Below are positions 1 to 9,752 of a stretch of 64,000 nt of DNA, piece by piece (position 1 is the stretch's first letter; each line of letters opens with the position of its first letter). The DNA is from Candidatus Multivoradales bacterium (GTDB lineage Bacteria > Acidobacteriota > Thermoanaerobaculia > Multivoradales > J023). The translations under genes and the position numbers were made by a program. Location of the stretch: positions 224,001 through 288,000 of the forward strand of contig CBDFLE010000005.1 of the NCBI GenBank assembly GCA_965248925.1, in the 5' to 3' direction. The notes under the pieces were generated by a model. The model saw only the letters and a program-made list of their open reading frames with translations, did not search any database and was not told the DNA's origin.

Positions 1-1
1 T

Positions 2-3000
2 ATCACCTTCTTCAGCCGGGTTTGGTACGTCGACAACACGGCGGCGGCGGCGGGCCTGGGCCGCTCGGCCGATCCCTTTGACACCCTGGTAGAGGCTGAA
101 ACCGCGCACGGCGCCAACGACATGATCTGCGTCCGCACCGGCGATGGCACTACCACCGGCCACGATGCCGGTATCGAGATCAGCTTCTCGGGCGTGTTGC
201 TGCACGGCGAGCACCATGGCTGCGAGCCCAATGTTGGGCTCAACAGCAACGCCGCTCCCACTTCGCTAGTGCCGCCGAGCGTCGGCAATCATCCGCTGAT
301 CGATCATTCCGCGGGTGGTGTCGGTGTTCAGGTAAGTGCCGACACCGGCGACCTCACCGGCATCTTCATCCGTGGTCTCAACCTCGATGGTGATGACAAC
401 GCTGTCGACATCGAGGCCAGCGGCGCCAATCAAGTCGATGTCGGAGTGCAGAACAACACCCTTCGCGGCGCAGGCGGCGACGGCATCGACGTCAACCACA
501 GCAGTAGCGCCGGCGACAGCCGCGTGAGGATTCTCAACAACGTCCTGGCAGCCACTGGCAATGGTGCCGATATTCGCACTACCGCTGGCGGCCTGGACGT
601 GGTGTTCAACAACAACAGCGACATCACCGGCGCCAAGGGGGTGTTCTTCGATGGCTCGGGCGGCGGTACCCTGACGGTCAGCGGCTTCTCCGGCAACTCG
701 GTCCATCAGGACACCAGCGGCAACGGTATCGAGATGGACACCGTGGTGTTCGATGCCGACGCCGGTACCAACGGCGGCGGCGATGCTGACTTCACCGGCG
801 ATACGGTGGCCGGCGGTGACACTTCTGTCGGTACTGCCGGCGATGGCGTTGGCGGCGCGGGGATCCTCTTGGCCGGGGTTACCGGCGATCTCAGCTTCGG
901 TGATCTCGACGTGGAGGCCGATGGCGGTGTCGGTCTGCAAGCGATGGCCGCGGCACCGCTCAACGCCGCGGCTGGCACCGGCTTCCGCCTGACCACCGGC
1001 GCGGGAACCAGCTTGACCGCTACTGGCGGGCCGGCCCTCGACCTCGATCCGCTCACCGCCGCGCTGACGATCAGCGCGCTGACCTCGACCAACAGCGCTA
1101 CCCAAGGCGTCTCACTTAACGATGTCAGCGGCTCGGTGACAATTACCGGCGGTTCGATCGTCAACGCGGCCGCCATTGCCTTCTTGGTCGACGGCGCCGC
1201 GCCGACGGTGAGCTACGGTGGTTCGATGACCCTCGGCGACACCACCGCCGTGTCGGTGACCAACACCACCGGTGGCTCGGTGACCGTCGACAATGGCATT
1301 TTGAGTACCGATGGTGGCAACTTCGCCGCCATCCAGGCCACCAATACTGATGGCGCGGTCAACGTCACCAACATGGGCGTCAGCCACTCGAATGGCCGGG
1401 TGATCGTGTTCGACGATGTTGATGGCGGTGCCAGCTTCAGCGGTACGACGATCTCGACCACCAACCACCACGGGGTCAGCGTGCAGAACAGCGCCGGCGC
1501 CCTGACTTTCCCCAACATAGTGATCGCCGTCGGCACCCCGGCGCCGGTCGATGCGGTCTTCCTCAACGCCAACGGCACGGCGACGATCAACTTCTCACGA
1601 ATCGCGGTCAACACTAACGGCGCTGGCGTGCGCGGCCTGGTGGCGACCAGTTCGGGTACCGTCAACGTCACCGACAACACCAGCTTGATTGCCGCAACCG
1701 GCGGTCCGGCGGTGGTGATCAATCCGACTACCGTGGGTATGGTCTTCGCCAGCGTCAGCTCAAGCAACAGCAATGGGGTCGGCGCGAGCTTCGTCGGCGT
1801 GAGCGGCAGCTTTGTCGCCAGCGGTGGCTCGATCAATGGCGCTGCTGGCACAGCTTTCGAGGTCGGTAACGGGACCGCCAACTCGGGTAGCAACGGCACC
1901 ATCACCTACGCCGGAGGGATCACCAACGCCGCCGGGCGGGCAGCAGTGGTGCAGGATCGCACGGGCGGAACGGTGACCATTTCTGGCGCTGTTGTCGACA
2001 CTGGGGCCACCAACAGCGGTATCTTGGTCGACGATAACAATTCCGGCAACCCGCTGGTGCGTTTCACCGGCACGGTTGATATCACCAACACTTCCGGCAG
2101 CGCGCTGACGGTGAGCGACAACACCGGCGGCCGGGTGCAGTTCGCGGATCTCGACATCGTCAACGACACGGCGGATCAGGTAGGCCTGTCGGCCACCAAC
2201 AATGGGAGCGGGGGGCGCCTCGATGTCGATACCGGCACTGTCGATAGCGGCTCTGCTACTGCCATCGACATCGACAACACGGTGCTCGGTAACAGCGGTA
2301 ACACGACCGCTGGACTGACCCTGGTCAGGGTCACCTCAGACGAGGCCAGTGCCAACGAAGGGATCAACTTGGCCTTCACTACCGGCGCCTTGACGGTGAT
2401 CGGAGACGGTGCAGCGGGTGCTGGATTGGCGGCCAACAACGGCTCTGGCGGGACGATCAGCAATAAAACCGGCGATTCAGTGGTGCTGAACTCGGTCACC
2501 AACGTGTCGCTGAACTACATGAACATCACCAACGGGCTGGGTCATGGCATCAACGGCACCGCCGTCAACGGTTTTGTCCTAACCCGCAGTAACGTCACTA
2601 ACCATGCCGACACCAATGGCGAAGCGCCACTGTTCTTCCGCGGCTTGACCGGCACGGCGGCAGCCAATCCGGAGTTGGAGGGGGGCAGCAACCAGACATT
2701 GATCGCCAACTCGCTGATCGCCGAGGGCGACGAGGACAACATCCAGATCAAGAATGAGACCGGCACCCTGGCCCGGCTGGTGGTCCGCGACAGCACCATC
2801 GGCAGTACGACCTTCGGCGATCGCAACGAGAACGATGGCATCAACTTTGAGGGCCTCAGCTCCGGCGGGGGTAACGCGGTGATGAATCTGCGGGTGGAGA
2901 ATTGCAACTTCATCGGCAACGCTGGCGACCACATCAACCCGTTCCACAACGGCGCCAGCGGTTCGATGGACATCGACATATTTGGCAGCGATTTCCGTGG

Positions 3001-3760
3001 CAGCGCGTCGCACGGGTCCGGTGTCGGTGGCGGCATCACCATCGCCGCCAACGATGCCTCGGTCGGTTCGGGCAACAATGTCACCTATGTGGTCGACAAC
3101 AACGATTTCCGCGATGTCGTGCTGGTGGCCATCGACACCAACCTGGTGATCTCCAGCGGTACCATGGCGATGTCGGGGACCATCAACAACAACCGCATCG
3201 GTACTAGCGGCGTGTTCGGCTCAGGGTCTTCGACCGGTGTCGGCATTCGGGCGCGGTCGAATAGGGCGGGTACTCACACCGTGGCGATCACCAATAACAC
3301 CATTCGCAACTGGGTCAACGGTGGCGGCATCACGATCCAGCAGCGCGACGGCAACGGCACCCTCAATGCTACCGTGACCGGCAACACTGAGGTACACGAC
3401 GCGGGTGGGTTCCCCTTCGGCAGCGGTCTGCAAGTCGAGTCTGGAGCGGTGGCTGCCGACATGGGCACCGTGTGCATCGATATCGGGGGTGCCGGCGGGC
3501 TGGCCAACACCTTGACGGAGCCGAATGCATTCGACCCGGCCATTCTGGTGTTGCAGAACTTCGCGACCACGATGAGATTCCCGGCCTACGCCGGAGCCGC
3601 GACCAACCCGGCCGCGCACACCGACCTCAATACCTTCCTTGGCGGTCGCAATACATTGAGCGCCAATGGAGTAGCGGCGGATGCGGTGGCACCCACTTTC
3701 CAGGGCGCCATCGCATCCGGAGTCTCGGGCGGCATGCCGAATACCTGTCCACAGCCTTGA
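2..3760 (+). CDS. Large Gly/Asn/Thr-rich right-handed beta-helix surface or secreted protein (5' truncated by window edge)
   Basis: Frame is open from base 2 (ITFFSRVWYVDNTAAAAGLGRSADPFDTL, a WYVD..G.G...PF.TL beta-helix cap motif). Over 1200 aa of beta-strand repeats; ends CPQP. Confidence 0.8.
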   Translation: MTFFSRVWYVDNTAAAAGLGRSADPFDTLVEAETAHGANDMICVRTGDGTTTGHDAGIEISFSGVLLHGEHHGCEPNVGLNSNAAPTSLVPPSVGNHPLIDHSAGGVGVQVSADTGDLTGIFIRGLNLDGDDNAVDIEASGANQVDVGVQNNTLRGAGGDGIDVNHSSSAGDSRVRILNNVLAATGNGADIRTTAGGLDVVFNNNSDITGAKGVFFDGSGGGTLTVSGFSGNSVHQDTSGNGIEMDTVVFDADAGTNGGGDADFTGDTVAGGDTSVGTAGDGVGGAGILLAGVTGDLSFGDLDVEADGGVGLQAMAAAPLNAAAGTGFRLTTGAGTSLTATGGPALDLDPLTAALTISALTSTNSATQGVSLNDVSGSVTITGGSIVNAAAIAFLVDGAAPTVSYGGSMTLGDTTAVSVTNTTGGSVTVDNGILSTDGGNFAAIQATNTDGAVNVTNMGVSHSNGRVIVFDDVDGGASFSGTTISTTNHHGVSVQNSAGALTFPNIVIAVGTPAPVDAVFLNANGTATINFSRIAVNTNGAGVRGLVATSSGTVNVTDNTSLIAATGGPAVVINPTTVGMVFASVSSSNSNGVGASFVGVSGSFVASGGSINGAAGTAFEVGNGTANSGSNGTITYAGGITNAAGRAAVVQDRTGGTVTISGAVVDTGATNSGILVDDNNSGNPLVRFTGTVDITNTSGSALTVSDNTGGRVQFADLDIVNDTADQVGLSATNNGSGGRLDVDTGTVDSGSATAIDIDNTVLGNSGNTTAGLTLVRVTSDEASANEGINLAFTTGALTVIGDGAAGAGLAANNGSGGTISNKTGDSVVLNSVTNVSLNYMNITNGLGHGINGTAVNGFVLTRSNVTNHADTNGEAPLFFRGLTGTAAANPELEGGSNQTLIANSLIAEGDEDNIQIKNETGTLARLVVRDSTIGSTTFGDRNENDGINFEGLSSGGGNAVMNLRVENCNFIGNAGDHINPFHNGASGSMDIDIFGSDFRGSASHGSGVGGGITIAANDASVGSGNNVTYVVDNNDFRDVVLVAIDTNLVISSGTMAMSGTINNNRIGTSGVFGSGSSTGVGIRARSNRAGTHTVAITNNTIRNWVNGGGITIQQRDGNGTLNATVTGNTEVHDAGGFPFGSGLQVESGAVAADMGTVCIDIGGAGGLANTLTEPNAFDPAILVLQNFATTMRFPAYAGAATNPAAHTDLNTFLGGRNTLSANGVAADAVAPTFQGAIASGVSGGMPNTCPQP

Positions 3761-3810
3761 TTGAGAGAGCTAGCAGGGACCTTGTAGACAACTTAACGGA
3801 AGGAGGCACA

Positions 3811-4323
3811 ATGTCAGAACCTTTCCTCGCCGAAGTTCGTATCGTCGGCTTCAATTTCGCGCCCCGTGGCTGGGCGTTCTGTGATGGGCAGATCTTGCCC
3901 ATCAACCAGAACCAGAGTCTGTATTCGCTCCTCGGCACGACCTATGGCGGTGACGGACGTACCAGCTTCGCGCTGCCCGACCTGCGGGGACGGACGCCGA
4001 TTCACGTCGGCCGTAGCAATGGTGGCGACTCTCATCGACTCGGCCAGAAGAGCGGTGAGGAGACCCACACGCTGAGTGCCGCGGAGATGCCGCAGCACAA
4101 GCACGTTGCGAGAGCTAATGACACCGCGGGGGATAACCCAATCCCGACCACCCATTCACTGGCCCGGGCCAACAACCTCTACCGGGATGCCAGTAACTTG
4201 ACCGAGCTGCGTTCCGGCACTGTCACCAACGTTGGTGGCAGCCAGGCGCACGACAACATGCAGCCGTACATCGCGGTGAACTTCTGTATCGCACTACAGG
4301 GCCTGTTCCCGTCGCGGAACTAA
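3811..4323 (+). CDS. Phage tail collar domain protein (MdpB/microcystin-dependent-like), copy 1
   Basis: SD AGGAGG then ATG at 3811; MSEPFLAEVRIVGFNFAPRGWAFCDGQILPI...LLGTTYGGDG; C-terminal H.NMQPY...FCIAL.G.FPSR. Confidence 0.9.
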   Translation: MSEPFLAEVRIVGFNFAPRGWAFCDGQILPINQNQSLYSLLGTTYGGDGRTSFALPDLRGRTPIHVGRSNGGDSHRLGQKSGEETHTLSAAEMPQHKHVARANDTAGDNPIPTTHSLARANNLYRDASNLTELRSGTVTNVGGSQAHDNMQPYIAVNFCIALQGLFPSRN

Positions 4324-4338
4324 GGAAAAGGAGACACG

Positions 4339-4857
4339 ATGTCCGAACCTTTTGTAGGTGAGATCCGCATGTTCGCGGGCAACTTCGCGCCCCGCGGCTG
4401 GGCTTTTTGCGACGGTCAGCTGCTGGCGGTGTCCCAGAACGATGCCTTGTTCAGCCTGCTCGGAACGATTTACGGCGGCGACGGCCGGACGACTTTTGGC
4501 TTACCTGAGATGCGCGGCCGGATCCCTATCCATGCCGGCTCTGGTCCGGGCTTGAGTCCACGGCGACTCGGAGCCAAGAGCGGTGTGGAGAAGGTCACCT
4601 TGACCGTCAACCAGCTGCCCTCTCATACCCACCCACTCAATGTGTCTCAGGACCTGGCCGATCAGGCCAGTCCCAGCGGCCGGCTGCCGGGCAATTCGCC
4701 CTCGATCGACCTGTACCGCGAAGAAGCGTCGACCCAGGATATCAACTCGGGCTCGGTACAGAACATAGGCGGCAGCCGCAGCCACAGCAATTTCATGCCC
4801 TACCTCTGTATCCACTTCATCATCGCTCTGTTCGGGATCTACCCGTCGCGGCACTAG
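4339..4857 (+). CDS. Phage tail collar domain protein, copy 2
   Basis: MSEPFVGEIRMFAGNFAPRGWAFCDGQLL; SD AGGAG; paralog of both neighbours. Confidence 0.9.
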   Translation: MSEPFVGEIRMFAGNFAPRGWAFCDGQLLAVSQNDALFSLLGTIYGGDGRTTFGLPEMRGRIPIHAGSGPGLSPRRLGAKSGVEKVTLTVNQLPSHTHPLNVSQDLADQASPSGRLPGNSPSIDLYREEASTQDINSGSVQNIGGSRSHSNFMPYLCIHFIIALFGIYPSRH

Positions 4858-4866
4858 GAGACCATC

Positions 4867-5388
4867 ATGTCGGAACCTTTCGTCGCGGAAATTCGCATTT
4901 TCGCCGGTAACTTCGCTCCCCGTGGCTGGGCCTTCTGCGACGGTCAGCTGCTGCCCGCCGCTCAGAACACGGCGTTGTTCAGCTTGATCGGAACCACCTA
5001 TGGCGGCGATGGGCGGACCACAACCGCGTTGCCCAATCTGAAAGGGCGAGCACCCATGCATCCCGGCCGTGGTCCTGGGCTGACCAGCAAGCGTCTGGGC
5101 CAGCGGGGAGGGACCGAGATGGTCACCCTGTCCGAAGCACAGATGCCACAGCACGACCACACCATCAAAGCGACGGCCAATCCTGGAAATCTGGGGATCC
5201 CGAGCAATCAACGGTCACTCGCCCGTACCCAGCCCGGATTTGCTTGGCAGACAGCGAACCCGGACGTCGATCTTGCGGCAGCGGCACTGCCCAATGCCGG
5301 TGGCAGCCAACCGCACAACAACCTGCAGCCCTTCCTGACGATGAACTTCATCATCGCCCTGGTCGGTCTGTATCCGTCGCGCGGCTGA
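4867..5388 (+). CDS. Phage tail collar domain protein, copy 3
   Basis: MSEPFVAEIRIFAGNFAPRGWAFCDGQLL...HNNLQPFL.MNFIIAL.G.YPSR. Confidence 0.9.
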   Translation: MSEPFVAEIRIFAGNFAPRGWAFCDGQLLPAAQNTALFSLIGTTYGGDGRTTTALPNLKGRAPMHPGRGPGLTSKRLGQRGGTEMVTLSEAQMPQHDHTIKATANPGNLGIPSNQRSLARTQPGFAWQTANPDVDLAAAALPNAGGSQPHNNLQPFLTMNFIIALVGLYPSRG

Positions 5389-5461
5389 GCATTGCTCCGC
5401 GGCCTGGTTCCAACTACGGGACCGGGCCGTGTAGCGCTACCTACTTAATAAGGGAAGAAGC

Positions 5462-5971
5462 ATGCCGCCCGCCGGGTTCAGCTTACGTCCGATCAGCGAC
5501 GCCGACCAGGACTTCCTCCACCGACTCTATGCCAGCACCCGCGAGGAGGAGTTGGCGGCGGTGCCTTGGACGAAGGAATACAAAAAGGACTTCCTGCGCG
5601 GTCAATTCGAAGCCCAGCACCAGCACTACATGAGCTACTTCACCGACGCCTCCTTCGATTTGGTGTTGGCGGGTGAAGAACCCGTCGGTCGGCTCTACTT
5701 GGAGGAGCGTCTTGCCGAGATCCGCATCATCGACATCGCCTTGCTGCCGGAGCATCGACAGCGGGGCTTGGGGCGAGTGTTGTTGGTGGAGGTGCTGGAG
5801 CGCGGAGCCACGGCTGGCAAGGCGGTGCGCATCCACGTCGAAACCAACAACCCGGCGATGCGGCTCTATTTGCGGCTCGGCTTTAGTCGGATCGAGGACC
5901 AGGGGCCGTACCACCTGATGGAATGGACGCCTACCGCTAGCGGGGTCAAAGCCGCGGCGGGGGCGGATTAG
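5462..5971 (+). CDS. GNAT family N-acetyltransferase
   Basis: DIALLPEHRQRGLG acetyl-CoA motif; NPAMRLYLRLGF. Confidence 0.9.
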   Translation: MPPAGFSLRPISDADQDFLHRLYASTREEELAAVPWTKEYKKDFLRGQFEAQHQHYMSYFTDASFDLVLAGEEPVGRLYLEERLAEIRIIDIALLPEHRQRGLGRVLLVEVLERGATAGKAVRIHVETNNPAMRLYLRLGFSRIEDQGPYHLMEWTPTASGVKAAAGAD

Positions 5972-5974
5972 AGA

Positions 5975-6280
5975 ATGATCGACAAGCTGAACAAGGAAGA
6001 TTTCGAGGCCCATCTCAAGAGCCGCGTGACGGTGCGGTTGGAAGATCGTGGTAGCTGTGAGCTGCTTCTGGTGGAAGTGATTCACATCGGCGCCAAGCAA
6101 GCGCGGGGAGCTGCTCGCCACGCTTTTTCGGTACTCTTCAGCGGCGCTGAGGATTTTCATCTAGAGCAAATGATCTACCGTGTCGAGCATGGAGAGCTAG
6201 GCGAGATGGACCTGTTTCTGGTACCCCTGGGACCTGACCCTGCAACCGGCAAGCTGCTTTTCGAGGCGGTTTTCACCTGA
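5975..6280 (+). CDS. DUF6916-like small protein
   Basis: FSVLFSG...LEQMIYRVEH.ELG.MDLFLVPLG...FEAVF pattern, as seen in genes beside tail-collar triplets. Confidence 0.75.
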   Translation: MIDKLNKEDFEAHLKSRVTVRLEDRGSCELLLVEVIHIGAKQARGAARHAFSVLFSGAEDFHLEQMIYRVEHGELGEMDLFLVPLGPDPATGKLLFEAVFT

Positions 6281-6317
6281 TCGAGATCACCTCATAGAAC
6301 AAAGAAGGGAATCAAGA

Positions 6318-6782
6318 ATGAGTGACGAAACCCAAGAGCCCAAGGGAGAAAACGTCAGCTTGGAGGCCTGTGCCGCGGCTTGTGACGAGGCTGCCAAAGC
6401 CGCCGACGAGCGCGAGGAAGAGACCGTCGAGTGGGCTGAGCTGATCGAGAGTCCGATCGCCGAGATGACCCTCGACACTTTCAAGGGCCGGATCGGTGAG
6501 AAATTCTCAATCCAGATTTCTAGCAAGAAGCTGGAATTGGAGCTGGTCGAAGCGCACTCAATGGCGCCGACGGCAGACCTTGGCAAGAGTGCTCCGAAGG
6601 GCCGTGAGCATTTTGCGATCACCTTTCAGGAGCGCGACCCGACGATCTCTCTGTCCGCCGGCATCTACCGGTTGGAGCATGAAGAACTCGATGCGTTCGA
6701 ACTCTACCTCGAAGAGATCACGGCTCCTAATGCCGATGGCAGTGAGGCGGAGGATCAGCGTTACGAGGCGGTGTTCTCCTAA
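6318..6782 (+). CDS. DUF6916-like protein with acidic N-terminal extension
   Basis: FAITF...GIYRLEHEEL..FELYL...YEAVFS; visibly paralogous to the upstream gene. Confidence 0.7.
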   Translation: MSDETQEPKGENVSLEACAAACDEAAKAADEREEETVEWAELIESPIAEMTLDTFKGRIGEKFSIQISSKKLELELVEAHSMAPTADLGKSAPKGREHFAITFQERDPTISLSAGIYRLEHEELDAFELYLEEITAPNADGSEAEDQRYEAVFS

Positions 6783-6804
6783 GATTCACTACCCATTGAA
6801 TTGC

Positions 6805-7260
6805 CTAGCGGCCGGGGGTGGCGCCCGACCAAGAAGTGATGTCGCCGGACTCGAAACCATCGGTGAAGATCGCCAGCTGCGGGTTGGCGCCACCGATGTG
6901 GTCGAGCGCGACCCCCTCCCAGACACTTGGCAGGGTATCGCCGATCCCTAGAACCCAGTTGGGGGAGGTGCCGGTGAGCCTGGCTGCTACCCAGTCTTCG
7001 GCGGCCGAGCCGGTGAGGAGCCCGGAGCCGCGGATCTTGCCAGGTGAGTTGGTGTCGCCGGTGATCCAAATCAGATGGGTTCCTGGGCCGACAGTGCTGC
7101 CGGGGGTGCCGCGTAGTTCGAGGTATTCGTGCAGTTGGCCGCCGCCGAGTGGGGTAAAGGGCAGCTCGTTGATGTAAATCTGCGATTGCACCGGTTGGCT
7201 GACGAGAGCCAAGAGGTGCAACAGGACTAGAGGTAGGAGGTGCTTGATTTTTTCTCGCAT
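6805..7260 (-). CDS. Exported protein, lamin-tail-like N-terminus and C-terminal IFxDGFESGD tag
   Basis: Signal peptide; IYINE...EYLELRG; C-terminal AIFTDGFESGDITSWS; SD GAGG. Confidence 0.65.
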   Translation of the reverse strand: MREKIKHLLPLVLLHLLALVSQPVQSQIYINELPFTPLGGGQLHEYLELRGTPGSTVGPGTHLIWITGDTNSPGKIRGSGLLTGSAAEDWVAARLTGTSPNWVLGIGDTLPSVWEGVALDHIGGANPQLAIFTDGFESGDITSWSGATPGR

Positions 7261-7330
7261 GGATCTGCCTCGCTGAGATTTGAACGGTGGCCGGAAAAGG
7301 TGTTCTTCTGACCTGTAAAGCGAGAACTAT

Positions 7331-8200
7331 TTGGCCGACCCCCTCATCAGAGGCGACGAAGTTGCGGAGATTCCTCCGTTGATCGCGTACTACCGCCTGT
7401 CGGGCGGCGGCAACGACTTTCTGGCCCTGGTTGAGCCGGAGGTGCTGCCCGCAAAGTGCGATATTGCCGCCTGGTGCCGACGGGGACTGTCATTGGGCGC
7501 CGACGGCGTCTTGGTGCTCGATCGACGGGGCGAGGTGCTGCGGGTGCGCCATTTCAATGCTGACGGTGGAGCGGCGGGCCTGTGTCTGAACGGCACTCGC
7601 TGTGCCGCCCGTTTGGCGTTGGAGTTGGGATGGGCTCCCGAGAATGCTGCCTTTCCCATCACCACCGCGGTGGGCGTGCTCAGCGCTGCCTCGGTGGGCC
7701 AGGACATGATGCAGATCGAGCTGCCGGTTGCCGATCGGCCGCCGCAGCGGTGCTCGCTGGAAGTCCGAGGAGTCGTGCATGCTGGCTGGGAGGTTCTGGT
7801 TGGCGTGCCGCATCTGCTGCTGTGGGTCGAGGGCGGGCTGGCCGCTCTGGAGCTGAGGGAGTTGGGGCCGGCCTTGCGCTATCATCCGCACTTTCCAGAT
7901 GGCACCAATGTCAATTGGTTAGAGGGATGGCCGGGCGGCTTCGCTATCCGCACCTGGGAGCGCGGGGTCGAGGCCGAGACCCTGGCCTGTGGCACTGGAG
8001 TTCTCGCGGCCACGGCCGCCGGTATTGCCGCGGGGCGGTTTGATTTCCCTCTGCGGGTCGATACCCGAGGTGGCTTTGTATTCTCGGTGCAAGGAGAGAG
8101 CAGCGGAGGTAGGGTTCGCGCTTGGTCCTTGACCGGTGATGCCAGAATCGTTGCCCGCGGCGAGATTCTGGCGGGTGCTCTTGCTCAGCCAGGCATTTGA
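7331..8200 (+). CDS. dapF: Diaminopimelate epimerase (start may be TTG near 7378)
   Basis: GGGNDF, GADG, FNADG...LCLNGTRC, GVPH, GTNVN, RTWERGVEAETLACGTG. Confidence 0.9.
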   Translation: MADPLIRGDEVAEIPPLIAYYRLSGGGNDFLALVEPEVLPAKCDIAAWCRRGLSLGADGVLVLDRRGEVLRVRHFNADGGAAGLCLNGTRCAARLALELGWAPENAAFPITTAVGVLSAASVGQDMMQIELPVADRPPQRCSLEVRGVVHAGWEVLVGVPHLLLWVEGGLAALELRELGPALRYHPHFPDGTNVNWLEGWPGGFAIRTWERGVEAETLACGTGVLAATAAGIAAGRFDFPLRVDTRGGFVFSVQGESSGGRVRAWSLTGDARIVARGEILAGALAQPGI

Positions 8201-8208
8201 TCGCTGAA

Positions 8209-9342
8209 CTAGCAAGGTGAAAACGTGCCAGCTGTGACGGCTTGTCCTACGACCGTCAGCACTTCATCGACCTCTGCGGTGGTGATGTAGTTGAAGAGGG
8301 GCAGGTTGATCACCCCGCGACACAGGCGATCGGCTTCTTCGCCACCCCTTTGACCGGCGATCCAAGGTGCGGCCCCTGGCTGCTTGGACATGGCTCCAGG
8401 GTAGACTGTGCCGTAGCCGATTTCGGCGTCGCGCAAGGCGGAAGCGAGTCCCTCTCGCTCGGCCGGGTCGAGGCGCAGGACACTCAAATAGCCGTTGTCG
8501 ACGTAGCCTGCGGGGGCTTCGATGGTGTTCAAGCCGAATTCGGCCAAGCGTTGCCGATAAAGCTGCTTGGCTCGGCGGCGGCTCTCAAGACGGTTGTCGA
8601 GATAGTCCAGGCAGAGGTCTAGATAGGCTGCGTCGAGTCCCGCCATGCGGCTGTTCCAGCCCACTAGGCCGTGTTCGTAGTGGCTGCTGCGGCCGTGGTT
8701 GCCCAGGCAACGCACGGTCTCGGCAAGTTCTGGTGAAGAGCACAGCACGGCGCCAGCGTCGCCTGCCGCGCCGAGCACCTTGGCGGGATAGAAAGACACC
8801 GTCGCGATCAGTGCGTCTCTGTAGATCGACTTTCCTTGCCACCGGGTGCCGTAGGACTGGGCTCCATCTTCGATCAGGGCTACGCCACGCCGGCGGCAGA
8901 GGGCGCGGAAATCGTCCAACCGCGCTGAACCCCAGCCGTAGAGGTGGACCAAGATTGCTGCTTTTGGCTGGTGCTCGTCGAGGGCTTGGCGGAAGAGTTC
9001 AAAATCCATCTCCAGATCGGCTGGGTCGACATCCACCGTCACCGGCCGTGCGCCGACGTTGACCACCGCTTCGAAGGTGGCCCAGAAGGTGGCGTCTGGC
9101 AGCACCACGGTGTCTCCTGGGCCAACCTCGAGCGCTCGCAGTGCGAGTTGCAGGGCATCCGTGCCGTTGGCGCAGCCCACCACCGCCGAGCAGCCGGTCT
9201 CGGTGGCCATGCGCTGCTCCAGGCGAGTCACCCAGGGACCGCCGACGAACGCGGTGGCCTCGCTGACTTGCCGGCATCGTTCAAGCCAGCGATCCATGAA
9301 ATCGGTCTCGAAGCGGCGCAGATCAATGAAGGGAACGGCCAT
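8209..9342 (-). CDS. DegT/DnrJ/EryC1/StrS family PLP-dependent aminotransferase
   Basis: MAVPFIDL, ANGTDAL, VHLYG, IEDGAQ, SFYPAKVLG (PLP lysine). Confidence 0.9.
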   Translation of the reverse strand: MAVPFIDLRRFETDFMDRWLERCRQVSEATAFVGGPWVTRLEQRMATETGCSAVVGCANGTDALQLALRALEVGPGDTVVLPDATFWATFEAVVNVGARPVTVDVDPADLEMDFELFRQALDEHQPKAAILVHLYGWGSARLDDFRALCRRRGVALIEDGAQSYGTRWQGKSIYRDALIATVSFYPAKVLGAAGDAGAVLCSSPELAETVRCLGNHGRSSHYEHGLVGWNSRMAGLDAAYLDLCLDYLDNRLESRRRAKQLYRQRLAEFGLNTIEAPAGYVDNGYLSVLRLDPAEREGLASALRDAEIGYGTVYPGAMSKQPGAAPWIAGQRGGEEADRLCRGVINLPLFNYITTAEVDEVLTVVGQAVTAGTFSPC

Positions 9343-9634
9343 GGGATCAACAACTCCAATCTCGAGAACTCTCGCCTCGGGCTCTGTTCGATGCCTCGTG
9401 CGTGCCAGGCCGCGCATCAAGATGTAGTCTTGGCTTGACGAGGGTGGGTTGCAAGCCACCTGCGCGGCTCGCGGCGGTAGGCTACCAGATCGGCACCCTA
9501 TGATACCGGGCCCAATTTCCGTCTCAGGTCTCTTTGTAGTAAGATCAAACTTGATGGATTCGCCGGAAGCCTAGCCCGGCCAGGGTAGGTGAGTGCAGGC
9601 AGAAAGCGTCAGGAGGTCAACCCTGACGCAGGAT

Positions 9635-9663
9635 TTGCTCTCTTTGGAGAAGTTGCGTATAAT
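9635..9663 (+). promoter_or_regulatory. Sigma70-type promoter
   Basis: TTGCTC, 17 nt spacer, TATAAT, about 90 nt upstream of the ATG at 9753. Confidence 0.6.
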
Positions 9664-9752
9664 TCATGCAACTGAGACCCGCCTACTGGCAAAGACATAG
9701 GTCCGAGTTGCTAGGCAGATATACGGACTTGTCGATACGAGGAGACGGAAAT

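Noticed and set aside
3472-3810. N-terminal extension of the first tail-collar ORF in the ORF track
   Set aside because: Overlaps the upstream gene; SD and paralog alignment put the start at 3811.
3811-5388. Prophage suggested by tail-collar genes
   Set aside because: No terminase, capsid, tube, baseplate or lysis genes nearby.
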